Of a DNA stretch of 64,000 nt, positions 29,768 through 41,880 are shown in pieces. The notes beneath the pieces were generated by a model. It searched no databases. It was not told where the DNA came from and was given only the letters and a program-made list of their open reading frames with translations. The stretch is from NCBI GenBank assembly GCA_965233585.1, contig CBDDTI010000212.1:1-64000 (forward strand), in the 5' to 3' direction. Source of the DNA: a bacterium (lineage in GTDB: Bacteria; SAR324; NAC60-12). Both the position numbers and the translations under genes were made by a program. The stretch's first letter is position 1. The number at the start of each line of letters is the position of its first letter.

Positions 29768-30432
29768 GTCAGCCATTTTTTCAGTTGTCCAATTTCGAAA
29801 AAATACTTTTTGCTCCTCTTAATTCATTAAAATTTGATACGTCATCAGTGATGCGCCTTCATAGACCGCGTGGTTGTTAATTTCATTTTCTAACATCAGC
29901 ATCTTCTTAATCAGATTTTTTCTTTTCTTTCCTAAAACATCTTGTGTCTGTTCGTCAAGGTCTTCATCCGTACTAATTACATTGTCATCATCAACATCAT
30001 CATCATCATCGTCATTATTTTCTGAACTTTCATCGCTCGGTTGTTCTACTTCAGTTGAAGCATCATCAGAGTTGGAAGTTAACTCTTCCGCTTCCGATTC
30101 CTCAATTTCTTCAGACATGTCATCTGATTCCGATGTTGACATGTTTTCTTTCTTTTTTTGTTTCTTTTCTAAAATGTTGATCAATATAGCAAATAAGGTT
30201 CACGTAATAAAAATATAAATTTCAAATTACCTGATCTTAATTGATGTTTTTTATTTGAATTCTTCTTGGAGTTCCTAGTTTCACGTTTCTTCTTACCAAT
30301 CTTTTTATCATTTTTTTCTGTCTCCTTTTTGGTCTTCTTTTTCTTCTCCTCCTGAATAATCTTATGATTGTCCTCTTTGGCATCTTTGATGCGAGAATTT
30401 AATTTTCTCTTTTTTACTGGTGATTCCTTCAT
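29768..30432 (-). pseudogene. Truncated copy of the 5564-6777 gene
   Basis: 571 bp deletion (equivalent to 5536-6106) and a premature TAA at 29819-29821. Confidence 0.8.
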
Positions 30433-30645
30433 GTTCTTTTCTTAAATGCGGGTTATTTACTCTAAACTCAAATTTACACTGACATTCAAAGTAAAAATCC
30501 CATTCTTTTAAACCTTTTAAAGTTTAATGTCTACCACCAACACGCGCTAGTTGACGCCCTAAAGGACCCAACACCGTCCATGTGTGAGGGCAAGTGATCG
30601 ATACGATCATCAAAATAAAATTTCAATTAAGAAACTAAGCTCGTG

Positions 30646-30950
30646 ATCAAGAAATTTAAAAACTCGAAATGACACGAACATAAATTTTCCGTTGATTGAA
30701 GTATTTAACGGAGATTAGATGATGTACATTGCATTGTCAACCAAGCACGTGTTCAAGGAATTTTAAAAACTCAAAATGTCATGAACATAAATTTTCCGTT
30801 GATTGAAGTATTTAACAAAGATTAGATGATGCACATTGCATCGTCAACCAAGCACGTGTCCAAGGAATTTAAAAAACTTGAAATAACATGATCATAAATT
30901 TTTCATTGATTTAAGTATTAAACAGAGATTAAATGATGCACGTTGCATCG
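30646..30950. repeat. ~106 bp tandem repeat, copy B
   Basis: Homologous to 6994-7296. Confidence 0.85.
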
Positions 30951-31182
30951 ACAATCAGTGACCATAAATTTACTGACAGAAATCTGATTGTTCAGGGTGT
31001 TGGGCAGGATTTTTCTCATGCAGTTATTTCCTTGCGCGATTGGTCTAGAAACCGTTTAAAAGTGAGCGCCTCACCGCTTAAATTTCTATAAAAGTCAGGA
31101 TTTATATTTTCCATTCCGTCATTCCATTTTCGTTCATTTACCAAGAAAAGTCTTCTACTCCAAGTCAATTCACAAGGTAAAA

Positions 31183-31974
31183 ATGCCTGGTCTTAACAAT
31201 TCTGAATCTCGTCAAGTAACCCATGACTCACAAGGGTTAAGGGTTACAGTACGTATTGCTGATGATTCAACATCAAACTCTAACATCAACAACAACAACA
31301 ACAACGCTGCCGATGATTCAACATCGGACCTTACAAACGTTATAAATAACTCTGATGATTTGACATCAACCATCAACTCTGATGATTTAACATCAGTATC
31401 TCCAACTGTTGTACCGATTGGACGAGGCAGGAGGTTGGCGAGACCAAATAACGTCTCAAACCCCTCTCCTGTCGGTCGCGGAGTTGGACGAGGTGGGTCC
31501 GTCCGCAACACCTCAAATATTTCGAATGTCGGACGTGGTGTTGGTCGAGGTCAACCAATTCAAAGAAATTCTCAACCATCTACTTCTGCTCCAAGGGCTG
31601 GGCGGGAGGTTGGACGCGGTGCTGGCAGGGGTGGAAGATATTTTCACCCTTACCGTCGTCCAGCAACCCAAACTTCGGCCTCTACCATAAACGGTACTCG
31701 TTCAAGTTCCGTTATTTTTATGGACAGCGATGGGGAAGAAGTTGAAGAGGAGGAGGAGAATTTTGATGGGTCGAATGACGACCACCTCTATTCTACTTGT
31801 GTCGAACATTTATTCAACAGAAGAAGAATAATTTTTGATATTAATGAAAGATATGCTGAGTCTTTGATTCAACGTCAAATACGCGCACTTGAGCGTCAAA
31901 ATATTTGGCTACAAAACGAATGCCAAAGATTAAACACTCAATTGCAACGATGTAGGGACTTGTTGTCTTCTTAA
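31183..31974 (+). CDS. RGG/acidic/leucine-zipper-like protein, copy B
   Basis: Intact homologue of 7529-8320. Confidence 0.8.
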   Translation: MPGLNNSESRQVTHDSQGLRVTVRIADDSTSNSNINNNNNNAADDSTSDLTNVINNSDDLTSTINSDDLTSVSPTVVPIGRGRRLARPNNVSNPSPVGRGVGRGGSVRNTSNISNVGRGVGRGQPIQRNSQPSTSAPRAGREVGRGAGRGGRYFHPYRRPATQTSASTINGTRSSSVIFMDSDGEEVEEEEENFDGSNDDHLYSTCVEHLFNRRRIIFDINERYAESLIQRQIRALERQNIWLQNECQRLNTQLQRCRDLLSS

Positions 31975-32059
31975 GATTTTTGAGTTTATAATGTATATAT
32001 TGTATAATGTAGTCTCAAATTAATGTTAAAATAAATTTTGATTTCAGAATTTTGTAAGA

Positions 32060-32779
32060 ATGCCGAAATCTTACGTGTGTCCCGAATGCCAAAAATCATT
32101 TGACAGAAAATCTTCTCGCGACAAACATCATTTATTCCGTCATCGCGAAACTACAAAATCTCGAGCTCGGACCCCACTTAATCAGTCGTTTCAATGCCCA
32201 TTTTGTGAGAACGAAGTAAGTTCCTTTAAATCGAGAAAAGATTTAGTCTCACACATTGACGCTTCTCATTTAGAGAATTTAAATTATTCATTGTACAAAT
32301 CTGCACTTAACGGAAAAATCAAATTTTATCGAAAACACATTTTTTCAAAAGAAACGCTTCAAGGATTTGTTGCAAATAAAAAAAATAGACAAGAAATAGT
32401 TGACGTTATTTGTCACGAACTAAGTAAAACTTTTACGGTTAAAGTTGCCCTTATTTTGACAGCGGCGTATCAAATTCCTGATTTGAATTCCGCTGCAGAG
32501 AAGAAGGTCATTGAGCCAAATACTACCAATATTGATGATACCTCTGATAAACCTTCTGATCAGTCGTCGCCTCAAATATTGTCCAATGATCGAGATGTCT
32601 TTGCTCTAAGAACCAGCTACATTCAATTCACGTCTTTTGATTCATCCCGCTCGTTAAAAGGCAAAGTCCAAAAATTATTACATAATTTAGTAAATAGAGA
32701 AGAAGATTTGTTAATGAGAGGTTCTGGATGGAGATTTGAATCTTTATCTTTTAGCGATATTCAAATTACTAGCATTTGA
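32060..32779 (+). CDS. Zinc finger plus putative terminal protein, copy B
   Basis: Intact homologue of 8407-9126. Confidence 0.75.
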   Translation: MPKSYVCPECQKSFDRKSSRDKHHLFRHRETTKSRARTPLNQSFQCPFCENEVSSFKSRKDLVSHIDASHLENLNYSLYKSALNGKIKFYRKHIFSKETLQGFVANKKNRQEIVDVICHELSKTFTVKVALILTAAYQIPDLNSAAEKKVIEPNTTNIDDTSDKPSDQSSPQILSNDRDVFALRTSYIQFTSFDSSRSLKGKVQKLLHNLVNREEDLLMRGSGWRFESLSFSDIQITSI

Positions 32780-32832
32780 TTTTTATGAACTTATTTTGTT
32801 TTATTCAAAAAAATTTCAAATAAACTTTGGAA

Positions 32833-35800
32833 ATGGATTTTATAGAAATTCCACGTGATTTAAAGAGATCTAATTGCTTGGAATGGAAAACTCGTTACGA
32901 TAAATTCAATTTTCTTTATCTGTACATTAGACATCTTTTTCCTGAGGAAACGGTTTCCGTTGTTGATTTTCGTCAAATGCCGATAAAGTATCTTAAAAAG
33001 TTTAATATAAGAGGTTTCAAGTTCCCTCTTCAATTTTGTAATTTAAAAAAATTTCTAAATAGAAACTCCCATTTACCAATTTCAATTTCAGTTTTTTATG
33101 AGAGTGAAGGTCAAGTTTCAAAGTTAGGTTTTTTTACTAATAAAAACAACAACAGAAACAAAAACATTTTAAATTTGTTAATGATAAAATATGATCCTGA
33201 AATCTCTCTTGAAAATGAATCTCCATTTTCTCGCCTTGCAAAACCAATTCAACGCAAGAAAAAATCTTCTTGTAAAAAGATTGTCAATTGTAGTTCTAAT
33301 GTCAAATTGGGTTTTTCTTCCAAGTTTAAAAAGATCAAGGATTTAAATCAACAGCACCATTTCTTTAAAATTACCAAAATCCAAGGTTTTTTGAATAATC
33401 GGGCCGGACTTTTGTCGGGTAAAAAAGCAGCTCAACAAAAGCACATCTATTGTGAAAAATGTCTGCTACATTTTCGATCCAAATCTAAAAAAGAAAAACA
33501 CGAAGACACTTGCTGTGATAAACAACGTGCTGTCTACCCAACCAAAAATTCCTCCATAAGTTTTACCAATCATAAACATAAATTTCATGCTCCTGTTGTT
33601 GGATTTTGTGATTTTGAATGTGTACTTCAAAGAAACAAAGAACGATCTAAATGTCAACTCTGTTTAAAAACTGAGTGTTTGTGTGCTTTTCCCACCAGTG
33701 ACGATATAAACGTGCATAGACCAGTGGGATATAGCTTGCTTTTTGTGGATTCGAATGATGAAGTATTTTTTCAAGAAGAATATGTAGGAGAGGATGCAGC
33801 CAAACATTTTTTGGATCGAATGCATTTCTATGAAAAAGTTGTTGACGAAAGAAAACAAAAATTTAGACATATTGTTAAAAATCAATCTAGTCCGCAAGAA
33901 TGGCAAATGTATCAAAAAGCAAAAGTTTGTCATATTTGTGGTGGTCAATTCAAAAAGTACTCTAGAAATTACAGAAAAGTTCTAGATCATGATCACGTAA
34001 CAGGGAAAATAATGGGCGCAGCTCATTCACTGTGTAACTTGACGAGATCCGGTCCCTTTCACACACCAATTTTTTTCCACAACGCTCAAGGGTAAGAAGT
34101 CTTAATTGGGTTTATTTATTAAACTAACACAAATTATGTACGCGTTTCAGATACGATTTGCATTTAATCGTGGAAGAGTTAAATGTTTCCAAATTTAAGC
34201 AAAATGTAAAAGTCTTAGCAAAAAACAGTGAAAAGTTTCGCACTCTTACATTGGGCAAATTTAAAATTCAAGATTCGTTAGAGCACATTTCTGGCAGTCT
34301 AGATGCACTTGTTCAAGATTTGAATCAGACCTCGAATTTTACCTTTCCCATTTTACAACAAATGGAAAGATATAAAAAAATTCCTGTTCGTCAAAAATCA
34401 AAAGCTTTAAAACTTTTAAAAAGAAAAGGCGTTTTTTGTTACGAACATTTCCAATCTCTACAAGAGATGAAGAAAAGTCGAAACCTTCCGTCCAAAGACT
34501 CTTTTTATTCTGAATTGAACGAAGAACACATTACGGAAGCGGATTATTCCCATGCTCAAGAAGTCTTTAAATCGTTCAAATGCAAGAATGTGGTGGATTA
34601 CATGATGCTCTATTGTTCTTTAGACGTTGTTTTGTTGTGTGAAGCATTTCTTCAGTATAGGAAAATGGTCATGGAACATTTTCAATTGGATCCTGTTTAT
34701 TATCTAGGTAAATTTTAATCTTTAACGTTGGATGTATCGTAATACTAAATTTATTCTACCTAAATTAGGAATTCCTGGCTTGAGTTTTGATGTCATGCTT
34801 ATGTTCTTTCAAAATTCAGAACAAGCTAAATCAGATAATAAGCTCACATCCGAATCTGAAACCTCCAAACCCCTCGGATCATTAGATGTCTATTCTGATC
34901 CTGAAATGGAGCGTTTTTTTACAAAGGGTATCAGAGGTGGGCAAAGTTTTATCGCTCAGCGTTATGCCAAAGGGAATAGCAATCCTAGAAAAAGCGGCGA
35001 TCACTTGTTATACATTGATGGTAATTTTATACTGTATTATCTGATAAAATCATTTTGTTATGATCCGTACAATTTTTCAGCCAACAACTTATATGGGAGT
35101 ATGGAAACTTTAAAATTACCAGTTTCTGATTTCCAATGGGTTCCAAAAACTGAATTTAAAAAATGGACTGCTGAAGATATTATCAACATTCCTTCGCAAG
35201 ACGATACTGGATATGCGTTTGAAGTTGATTTGCATTATCCTTCTCATCTTCACCAGGTAAATCCGATCTTTGTTGTGATACGTTATTTATTGTTTTGACA
35301 AGTTACACGATATCATTTTCAGGCACACGATCAATTTCCGCTGGCTCCGTATACAGACACGGTTTCTTTTAAACATCTATCTCCTTACAATCGCCGTTTA
35401 CTGAAACATCACTGCCCTCGAGATTATAGGAACAAAAGATACCGGAGCAAGAAATTGTTGAGCACTTTTTATGACCGAAAAAAGTACGTGGTGCATCTGG
35501 AAAACCTGCAGTACTACTTGAAAAAGGGCATGAAATTGCTGAAGATAAGAAAAGTCATGAAGTTTCGACAAAAAGCTTTTTTGAAGGAGTTCATCGAAAA
35601 GGTTACAAAGCTGCGATCAAATGCTCGCAATGACTTTGAACTCCGGCTTTTTAAACTTTTTGCCAACTCTACTTTTGGAAAATTTATTGGTAAGTTTTGA
35701 GATAAGATAATTTAATGATGTTGAGATTGTAAAAGACGCAAAAGCGTAAATTGACGCAGCGCGAATAGTAATTCAGTAAAAAATGAATTTGTTAAATACT

Positions 35801-38737
35801 CAAATGAATTTGGAGTCATTTTATATATTTTCTTTAAATTTGAGACACAAGTGCGTGGTGGTACCGGCGACAGTTGCGGCAGTACGTCCTGCCGGCACCA
35901 ACCACGCACTTAGCCTCATCAAAATCGTCATCGTCGTCGTCATCAGCTTCGTTGGCGGGGCCCTCATCGAAATCGTCATCGTCATCATCTTTGGTGTCAT
36001 CGGCTTCGTTGGCGGGACCGATGACGTCGACGGGGATGACGTCCGGACGTCCGGTGATGGAGCCGGCGATGGAGGCGGCGGTCGTCCTGATCATCTCGAT
36101 CAAGCCCCTGGCGAACCGTCTGAGACGGCCACCGCCTCCCATCAGTGGTGGACGCGGTGGTGCCTCTTCTGATGGCGGGTCCGGCAGCAGCTTGAACTTC
36201 TCCTCCTCCTCTCCTGTCCATTTCACCCTCAGTACCTCGTACCTCCCCCTCCTCATCATCCTTCCCAACTTTCCTTTGTCCATGACCTTTTCCTTCTCCT
36301 TCTCCTCTTCCTTCTCCAAAAAATTTGTTTTGAATTTTCCCGCATGGTTTTGTCAATTTTAGAAAATGAATCTCCAAACCTTTACATATTAATTAGCAAA
36401 TTATCTCATAAATATTCATAATATTAAATCAATATTAAATTAAAAATTCGCGAAATGAATTAATCAAGTACGCAAACTTTTGAAAAATCAATTTTTATAA
36501 AATGTTGTGTTTATTTTGTAATCAAAAGGAAAAAGAAAAAATGATCAAATTTAAATTTTAATTTTTTTTGGTAACTTTTCGAGCTGTAGACGGAGACCAC
36601 ACTGATGGAAATGCCGTTACTTGACGCACTTCTGGCGTCGGTGAAGGTTCCACGTGACGATAGGGTGGTGGTTTAGATTTTGATGTTGATTGTGAAGACA
36701 AATCAAATGTCACGCGATGAGAGGTCTGCTCATTAGATTTGGTAGGCTTCCATGATTCCGGCTCCGATCTTTGTGGGACGGATTTGTACGGGGTCCGTGA
36801 TGGCCAAGCAGGTGCCACGGGACGCTCGGAAGATGCCCATGATCCCCCACCCAAGGCCCCAGAAGATGACCATGCTCCTGCAGTTTTAGTAGATGACCAT
36901 GCTTCCCCAGTTTTAGTAGATGACCATGCTCCTCCACCTACAGCCCCAGAAGATGACCATGCTCCTCCAGTTTTAGTAGATGACCATGCTCCTCCGCCCC
37001 CAGCTCCAGCAGTAGATGTGCTCTTCCACGACTCCGAGCCTGATTTTTGTGGGACGGACTTGTACGGGGTCCGTGATGGCCAAGCAGGCGCCACGGGACG
37101 CTCGGAAGATGCCCATGATCCCCCACCCAAGGCCCCAGAAGATGACCATGCTCCTGCAGTTTTAGTAGATGACCATGCTTCCCCAGTTTTAGTAGATGAC
37201 CATGCTCCTCCACCCACAGCCCCAGAAGATGACCATGCTCCTCCAGTTTTAGTAGATGACCATGCTCCCCCGCTCCCAGCTCCGGCAGTAGATGTGCTCT
37301 TCCACGACTCCGACCCTGATTTTTGAGGGACGGACTTGTACGGGGTCCGTGATGGCCAAGCAGGCGCCACGGGACGCTCGGAAGATGCCCATGCTCCTCC
37401 ACCCGCAGCCCCAGAAGATGACCATGCTCCTCCAGTTTTAGTAGATGACCATGCTCCCCCGCCCCCGGCTCCGGTAGTAGATGTGCTCTTCCACGACTCC
37501 GACCCTGATTTTTGTGGGACGGACTTGTACGGAGTCCGTGATGGCCAAGCAGGTGCCACGGGACGCTCGGAAGATGCCCATGCTCCTCCACCCGCAGCCC
37601 CAGAAGATGACCATGCTCCTCCAGCCGCAGCCCCAGTAAAGCTACTGCCAGAAGTCGGACTTGAAGTTGCCTCCTCCTGACCTGATTTTATCACTTTTAA
37701 CCAAAAAGCCTTGCTCTTTTCCTGGTCTTTTTTATCCATTTTGACTTGGTGTTTATTTTGTGAGAATTTTTGATGACCGTTTATGTCGGGCTTTAAAAAA
37801 GGAATGATCTCAAATTGTAGTAAATTATAGCACATTGCTAATTACAGAGGAAAATGAAATGTGATATAGGACGGCTAGTTAGCTGAGGTGATTGCGCACA
37901 TAATCAATTTTCTTTATAAAATAAATCTTATTCTGCATTTCAGAAAATGTTCGAAATTACTCTGAAGTGGTCCTTTGTGGTGATGAACAGAGCTTAAGGA
38001 AAGCCAGTCTTGGTCAACACATCAACAGTTTTCAAATCATCAATGAGAACTTGGTGGCTGTCAACAAGAAGCCAGCAATAATAGAGCTCAGGAAGCCTTT
38101 AGCTGTTGGATTTTCTATTTTGGAATTGTCCAAGTTGTTTATGTACAGATCGTATTATGACACGATTCAACAACATTTTGGTGAAGAAAATGTGTCTTTA
38201 TGTTTCTCAGACACGGATTCTTTTCTTTTAAAAGTAAGATGCAACAACTTGGAAAGGGAAATGAAAAAATTGGAGCACATATTTGATTTTTCAAAGTACC
38301 CCAAACAACATCCTCTTTTCGATGACAGTAGAGCCAATCAGCTTTTTTATTTCAAAGACGAACTAAAAGGCAGAGCAGCTATTACTCACTTTATAGGCTT
38401 ACGTCCAAAATGTTATTCTATGAAAATTACTGATTTTTTAGACAAAAACAAAACAGAAGAAAAGAAAATTTGCAAAGGTTTAAAAAAATCTAGCATAAAA
38501 AAGCAATTAACCTATAACGATTACAAAAAATGTCTGAAACAGACTGTTCTAATTTACAAATCTTTCAAAAACTTAAGATCAAAGAATCATAAAATTCGGA
38601 CATGTTTTCAAAGAAAGATTGCGTTATCAGCAATGGATTCCAAAAGACACATTTTGAATTGCGGATATCACACTTTATCACTAGGAAATTGTCTTATTGT
38701 CAACAACAAATCGTCTAAATGCCCTATTTGTAAATAA
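32833..38737 (+). CDS. Protein-primed DNA polymerase B, copy B, 6 exons
   Basis: Exons 32833-34091, 34151-34707, 34769-35020, 35081-35256, 35323-35689 and 37944-38737; same splice sites as copy A. Confidence 0.95.
35834..36283 (-). CDS. Intron-nested antisense gene 1, copy B
   Basis: Same frame and Cys/His tail; different repeat expansion (GPANEADDD instead of DVIPA). Confidence 0.62.
   Translation of the reverse strand: MDKGKLGRMMRRGRYEVLRVKWTGEEEEKFKLLPDPPSEEAPPRPPLMGGGGRLRRFARGLIEMIRTTAASIAGSITGRPDVIPVDVIGPANEADDTKDDDDDDFDEGPANEADDDDDDDFDEAKCVVGAGRTYCRNCRRYHHALVSQI
36558..37739 (-). CDS. Intron-nested Gly/Ser/Trp repeat protein, copy B
   Basis: Intact from MDKKDQEK; repeat arrangement differs from copy A. 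Confidence 0.78.
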   Translation of the reverse strand: MDKKDQEKSKAFWLKVIKSGQEEATSSPTSGSSFTGAAAGGAWSSSGAAGGGAWASSERPVAPAWPSRTPYKSVPQKSGSESWKSTSTTGAGGGGAWSSTKTGGAWSSSGAAGGGAWASSERPVAPAWPSRTPYKSVPQKSGSESWKSTSTAGAGSGGAWSSTKTGGAWSSSGAVGGGAWSSTKTGEAWSSTKTAGAWSSSGALGGGSWASSERPVAPAWPSRTPYKSVPQKSGSESWKSTSTAGAGGGGAWSSTKTGGAWSSSGAVGGGAWSSTKTGEAWSSTKTAGAWSSSGALGGGSWASSERPVAPAWPSRTPYKSVPQRSEPESWKPTKSNEQTSHRVTFDLSSQSTSKSKPPPYRHVEPSPTPEVRQVTAFPSVWSPSTARKVTKKN

Positions 38738-38800
38738 ATAAAACATATTGTTACTTTTATTTAAGAAAAAATTTTTAAATATTTTTCAAAAACTAGCAAA

Positions 38801-39496
38801 ATGGATGGTTTTGATTTAAGGTTCAGTATTCCTTCCAACATGTTAATTGTTGGCCCAACATCGAGTGGAAAAACAACGTGGCTTAAACATTTAGTGGTTG
38901 GTAGGCATGAATATTTTGCAACTCCACCAGAAACAATGTTGTTGTTCTACAAAGAACCACAAAAAGCTTATGAATACATGGAAGATGATATGAATCGAGA
39001 CAAACGTTCAAACTCTCGCTTTCCAACATTTCGTAAATTTAAAAGTATTCCAAATTCGATTGAAGAATTGAAAGATATTTTGGAATCATATCCAAGAAAA
39101 ATGCCCAAATTAGTTGTTTTTGATGATTATTTAGACGATGTTGGGCAAATATTAAAACATTTTTTTACGGTTTTGACTCATCACTACAATTGTTTCACCG
39201 TTTTTCTGTGTCAAAATCTATTTGATAAAAAAGGTGATTTGCGGACATTAAGCATAAACACACAGTATATGGTTCTTTTTAACAATCCTCGGGACAGAAG
39301 TGCGGTTGCGCATTTGGCTAAACAAATTTTCCCCGGACGAGTCGGAATTTTAAATAAAGCATACAGGGAAGCTGTTAACGGTCGAAGTCACGGATATCTC
39401 CTTCTAGATTTCCATCAACAACAAGACGATAAAGTCAGAATTCGAAGCAACATTTTTCCGTACGAGGGACTGATGAAAGCTTACGTTACCGTTTAA
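38801..39496 (+). CDS. A32/FtsK-like packaging ATPase
   Basis: Walker A and B motifs; intact 231 aa. Confidence 0.94.
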   Translation: MDGFDLRFSIPSNMLIVGPTSSGKTTWLKHLVVGRHEYFATPPETMLLFYKEPQKAYEYMEDDMNRDKRSNSRFPTFRKFKSIPNSIEELKDILESYPRKMPKLVVFDDYLDDVGQILKHFFTVLTHHYNCFTVFLCQNLFDKKGDLRTLSINTQYMVLFNNPRDRSAVAHLAKQIFPGRVGILNKAYREAVNGRSHGYLLLDFHQQQDDKVRIRSNIFPYEGLMKAYVTV

Positions 39497-39544
39497 AGGA
39501 TTTTCATATCTATTTAAGAAAAATAAAAAATTGCAACTGTCAAA

Positions 39545-39918
39545 ATGTCTAAAACATTAGGAAAAGCTAGTTCACTTTTTTATGTAATAAAAAAATTAAA
39601 ACATCAGGATTGTGCCAATTTTTTAAGTCATTTGGACGATCGCGGTGTTGAATTACTTTGCCGTATATTACATTACGTTTTGAACGGTGACTTGCCCATA
39701 CATGGCAAAGTACGAACACGTCTTCAAAAAAAATAAGAGCTCATTTGGTAGAATTTAGACGTCTTGCTGCACCACCGCGTCGTTCTTCCGACATTTCGAA
39801 AAAAAGAAAAATATTACAAAAGGGCGGAATTTTAGGAGTTTTATCAGCGATCGCCAGCACCGTCATCCCTCTTTTGGCTCAAATTATTGCAAATAAGAGT
39901 TCGCAACGTCGTCGTTAA
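39545..39918 (+). pseudogene. PM/pX-like small core protein (1 nt deletion in A-run at ~39730)
   Basis: Copy C supplies the in-frame version ending LQKGGILGVLSAIASTVIPLL. Confidence 0.8.
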
Positions 39919-39921
39919 AAA

Positions 39922-41382
39922 ATGAGCTCAGGAGTAAAAATAAAACCACATGATGAGATGTATTCCATGTTTTTAGTACCTAAAAGATTATATTATTCAT
40001 TAATAAAAAATACGGAAGACGATGAATCAAAAAAGGAACTTATTTCTATGAATGAAAAACCGGAAACAACCAACTATATTGAAAACGCCATTAAATTTAA
40101 AAATCTACAAGACAGACAGAAAATAATCCAAACTGGGGATAAATTACTTCGTTTTGGGTCTGATAAATTACCGAATGTCACATCAATTGCCCAATCTGAT
40201 AGCATGGGCCGTACTTACCAATCTCTTTCGAGATCACCATCCACTCAAATCCCTCAACGAGAAGAAATACAGAATGTAATGTCTCCTGGTCGAGTCACCC
40301 AAAAAGGTAGCAGTTTTGACCGCGCTTACCACCCTGTTTCAAGATCACCATCCACCCAAATTACGCAACGAGAAGAAATACCAAATGCACTAACACCTGC
40401 TCGAATTGATACCAATATGGATCTCACGGACGTATCTCTTTACAGAACACCCACTGAAATTCCCCAACAAGAAGAAAATAATTTACCTAGTACCCCCATT
40501 ATTGAAAGACAATTTGTTGCAGAAAAATCTCTTAGTCCTGAAAAAACAAAAAGTCCGAACGAATCAGCTTATTCAACTCCTGTTGCTACCAAACGAGAAG
40601 AATGGCGAGAAACACCTGTTTTAGAAGCGATGACGAAAAGAAATTCAAAAGGCAAATTAGTTTGTCCAGTTCCTGATTGTTGGAAGCAATATGTTGACGA
40701 AGGACAATTAGGCAAACATTTGCTAAAAGATCATCCTAAAGATATAGCTTTGAAAGACAAAAAGACCATTAAAGGAATGATTTCCAGCCCTTACGCTAGA
40801 ACAAACAGCTCAAACGAAATGGATTACTCATACGCACTTTCCGCAATAAAATCTCCAGTTGTGTTAAATTGGCGAAATACACCTATTGCGAAAGCAGTGA
40901 AAGAAAAGAATGCGGCAGGCAAAATAGTTTGTCCTTTTCCCAATTGCGGGAAGCAATATGTCGGCATTCCACAATTTGCCAAACACATGATGAAAGATCA
41001 TTATAAAGAATTGTCTGTAAGAAATCAAAATAAAATTTTTGGAATGACCTCTACCCCTCGAAAAAGAAGATTAAGAGGAATTGGAAGCTCTTCTCCTTCA
41101 TTTCCACTTACACCTGTTAAAATACGATTTTCAGCTGGAAAAGCTCAATCGAAGGGTGCAACAAAAAGAAATTCCGCTGATGCTAACATGACTCCTGCAC
41201 AAACCAAAACCAGATCAAAATCAATGAAAATGTTACAATCTAAAAGCCCAATAAAAAGGGACCCTATTGAAGCTGGTATGTCTCCCGCAAAAACCAGATC
41301 AAAAACAAGAAAAATGTCTAAATCAGAAGCTAAAGTAGATTCTGTTAAAAAACTTTTTTCAGGAAAATATCCAAAGTTATGA
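39922..41382 (+). CDS. PZ-like core protein with two C2H2 fingers and basic SPxK tail
   Basis: MFLVPKRLY N-terminus, CPVPDC..H..H and CPFPNC..H..H fingers. LRGIG fits the adenain consensus (M/I/L)xGx|G. Confidence 0.75.
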   Translation: MSSGVKIKPHDEMYSMFLVPKRLYYSLIKNTEDDESKKELISMNEKPETTNYIENAIKFKNLQDRQKIIQTGDKLLRFGSDKLPNVTSIAQSDSMGRTYQSLSRSPSTQIPQREEIQNVMSPGRVTQKGSSFDRAYHPVSRSPSTQITQREEIPNALTPARIDTNMDLTDVSLYRTPTEIPQQEENNLPSTPIIERQFVAEKSLSPEKTKSPNESAYSTPVATKREEWRETPVLEAMTKRNSKGKLVCPVPDCWKQYVDEGQLGKHLLKDHPKDIALKDKKTIKGMISSPYARTNSSNEMDYSYALSAIKSPVVLNWRNTPIAKAVKEKNAAGKIVCPFPNCGKQYVGIPQFAKHMMKDHYKELSVRNQNKIFGMTSTPRKRRLRGIGSSSPSFPLTPVKIRFSAGKAQSKGATKRNSADANMTPAQTKTRSKSMKMLQSKSPIKRDPIEAGMSPAKTRSKTRKMSKSEAKVDSVKKLFSGKYPKL

Positions 41383-41394
41383 AAGTAAAATATA

Positions 41395-41877
41395 TCAACA
41401 TTTATTTTCAATTTTTTTTATAAAATGAGTTACAATTTTATCATTTTCTGATTTGGGATTTTTTACAAATATTTTAACGAATTGTTGAGGGGTCATTAAA
41501 TTGTTGCCCACAGATAAACAAAATGCGCACGTGTACCATCCGCAAAACAAAGAACGGAAACTCTGAATTGGGTGAGATAAGATAATTTTGAAGGAGTTCT
41601 TCTCTATCCAGGGTCGTAAAAACTTCATCAAACATTTATTCCATATCGGTGGTAAAAAACCGAAAGAATCAAAATAATAGAGTTGATTTTTTTTGTTAAT
41701 GTACATTGCTACGAAATGAGATCCTTCTTGATTTCTTTTGGATAAGTTAGCGATCAGACAGCAAGGCAATGAAAGCGGATCAGATGGCAAGTCGTCGACC
41801 GAAAATACCCCGATGAAATTCTTACATCTGGGTCGAATGTAATTGTTTAAAAAGATATTTGATAACCCACCCTCCAT
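41395..41877 (-). CDS. Adenain-like cysteine protease
   Basis: His (GSHF), Asp (FDSFG) and Gln/Cys (IQSFRSLFCG) all present. Confidence 0.94.
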   Translation of the reverse strand: MEGGLSNIFLNNYIRPRCKNFIGVFSVDDLPSDPLSLPCCLIANLSKRNQEGSHFVAMYINKKNQLYYFDSFGFLPPIWNKCLMKFLRPWIEKNSFKIILSHPIQSFRSLFCGWYTCAFCLSVGNNLMTPQQFVKIFVKNPKSENDKIVTHFIKKIENKC

Positions 41878-41880
41878 ATT

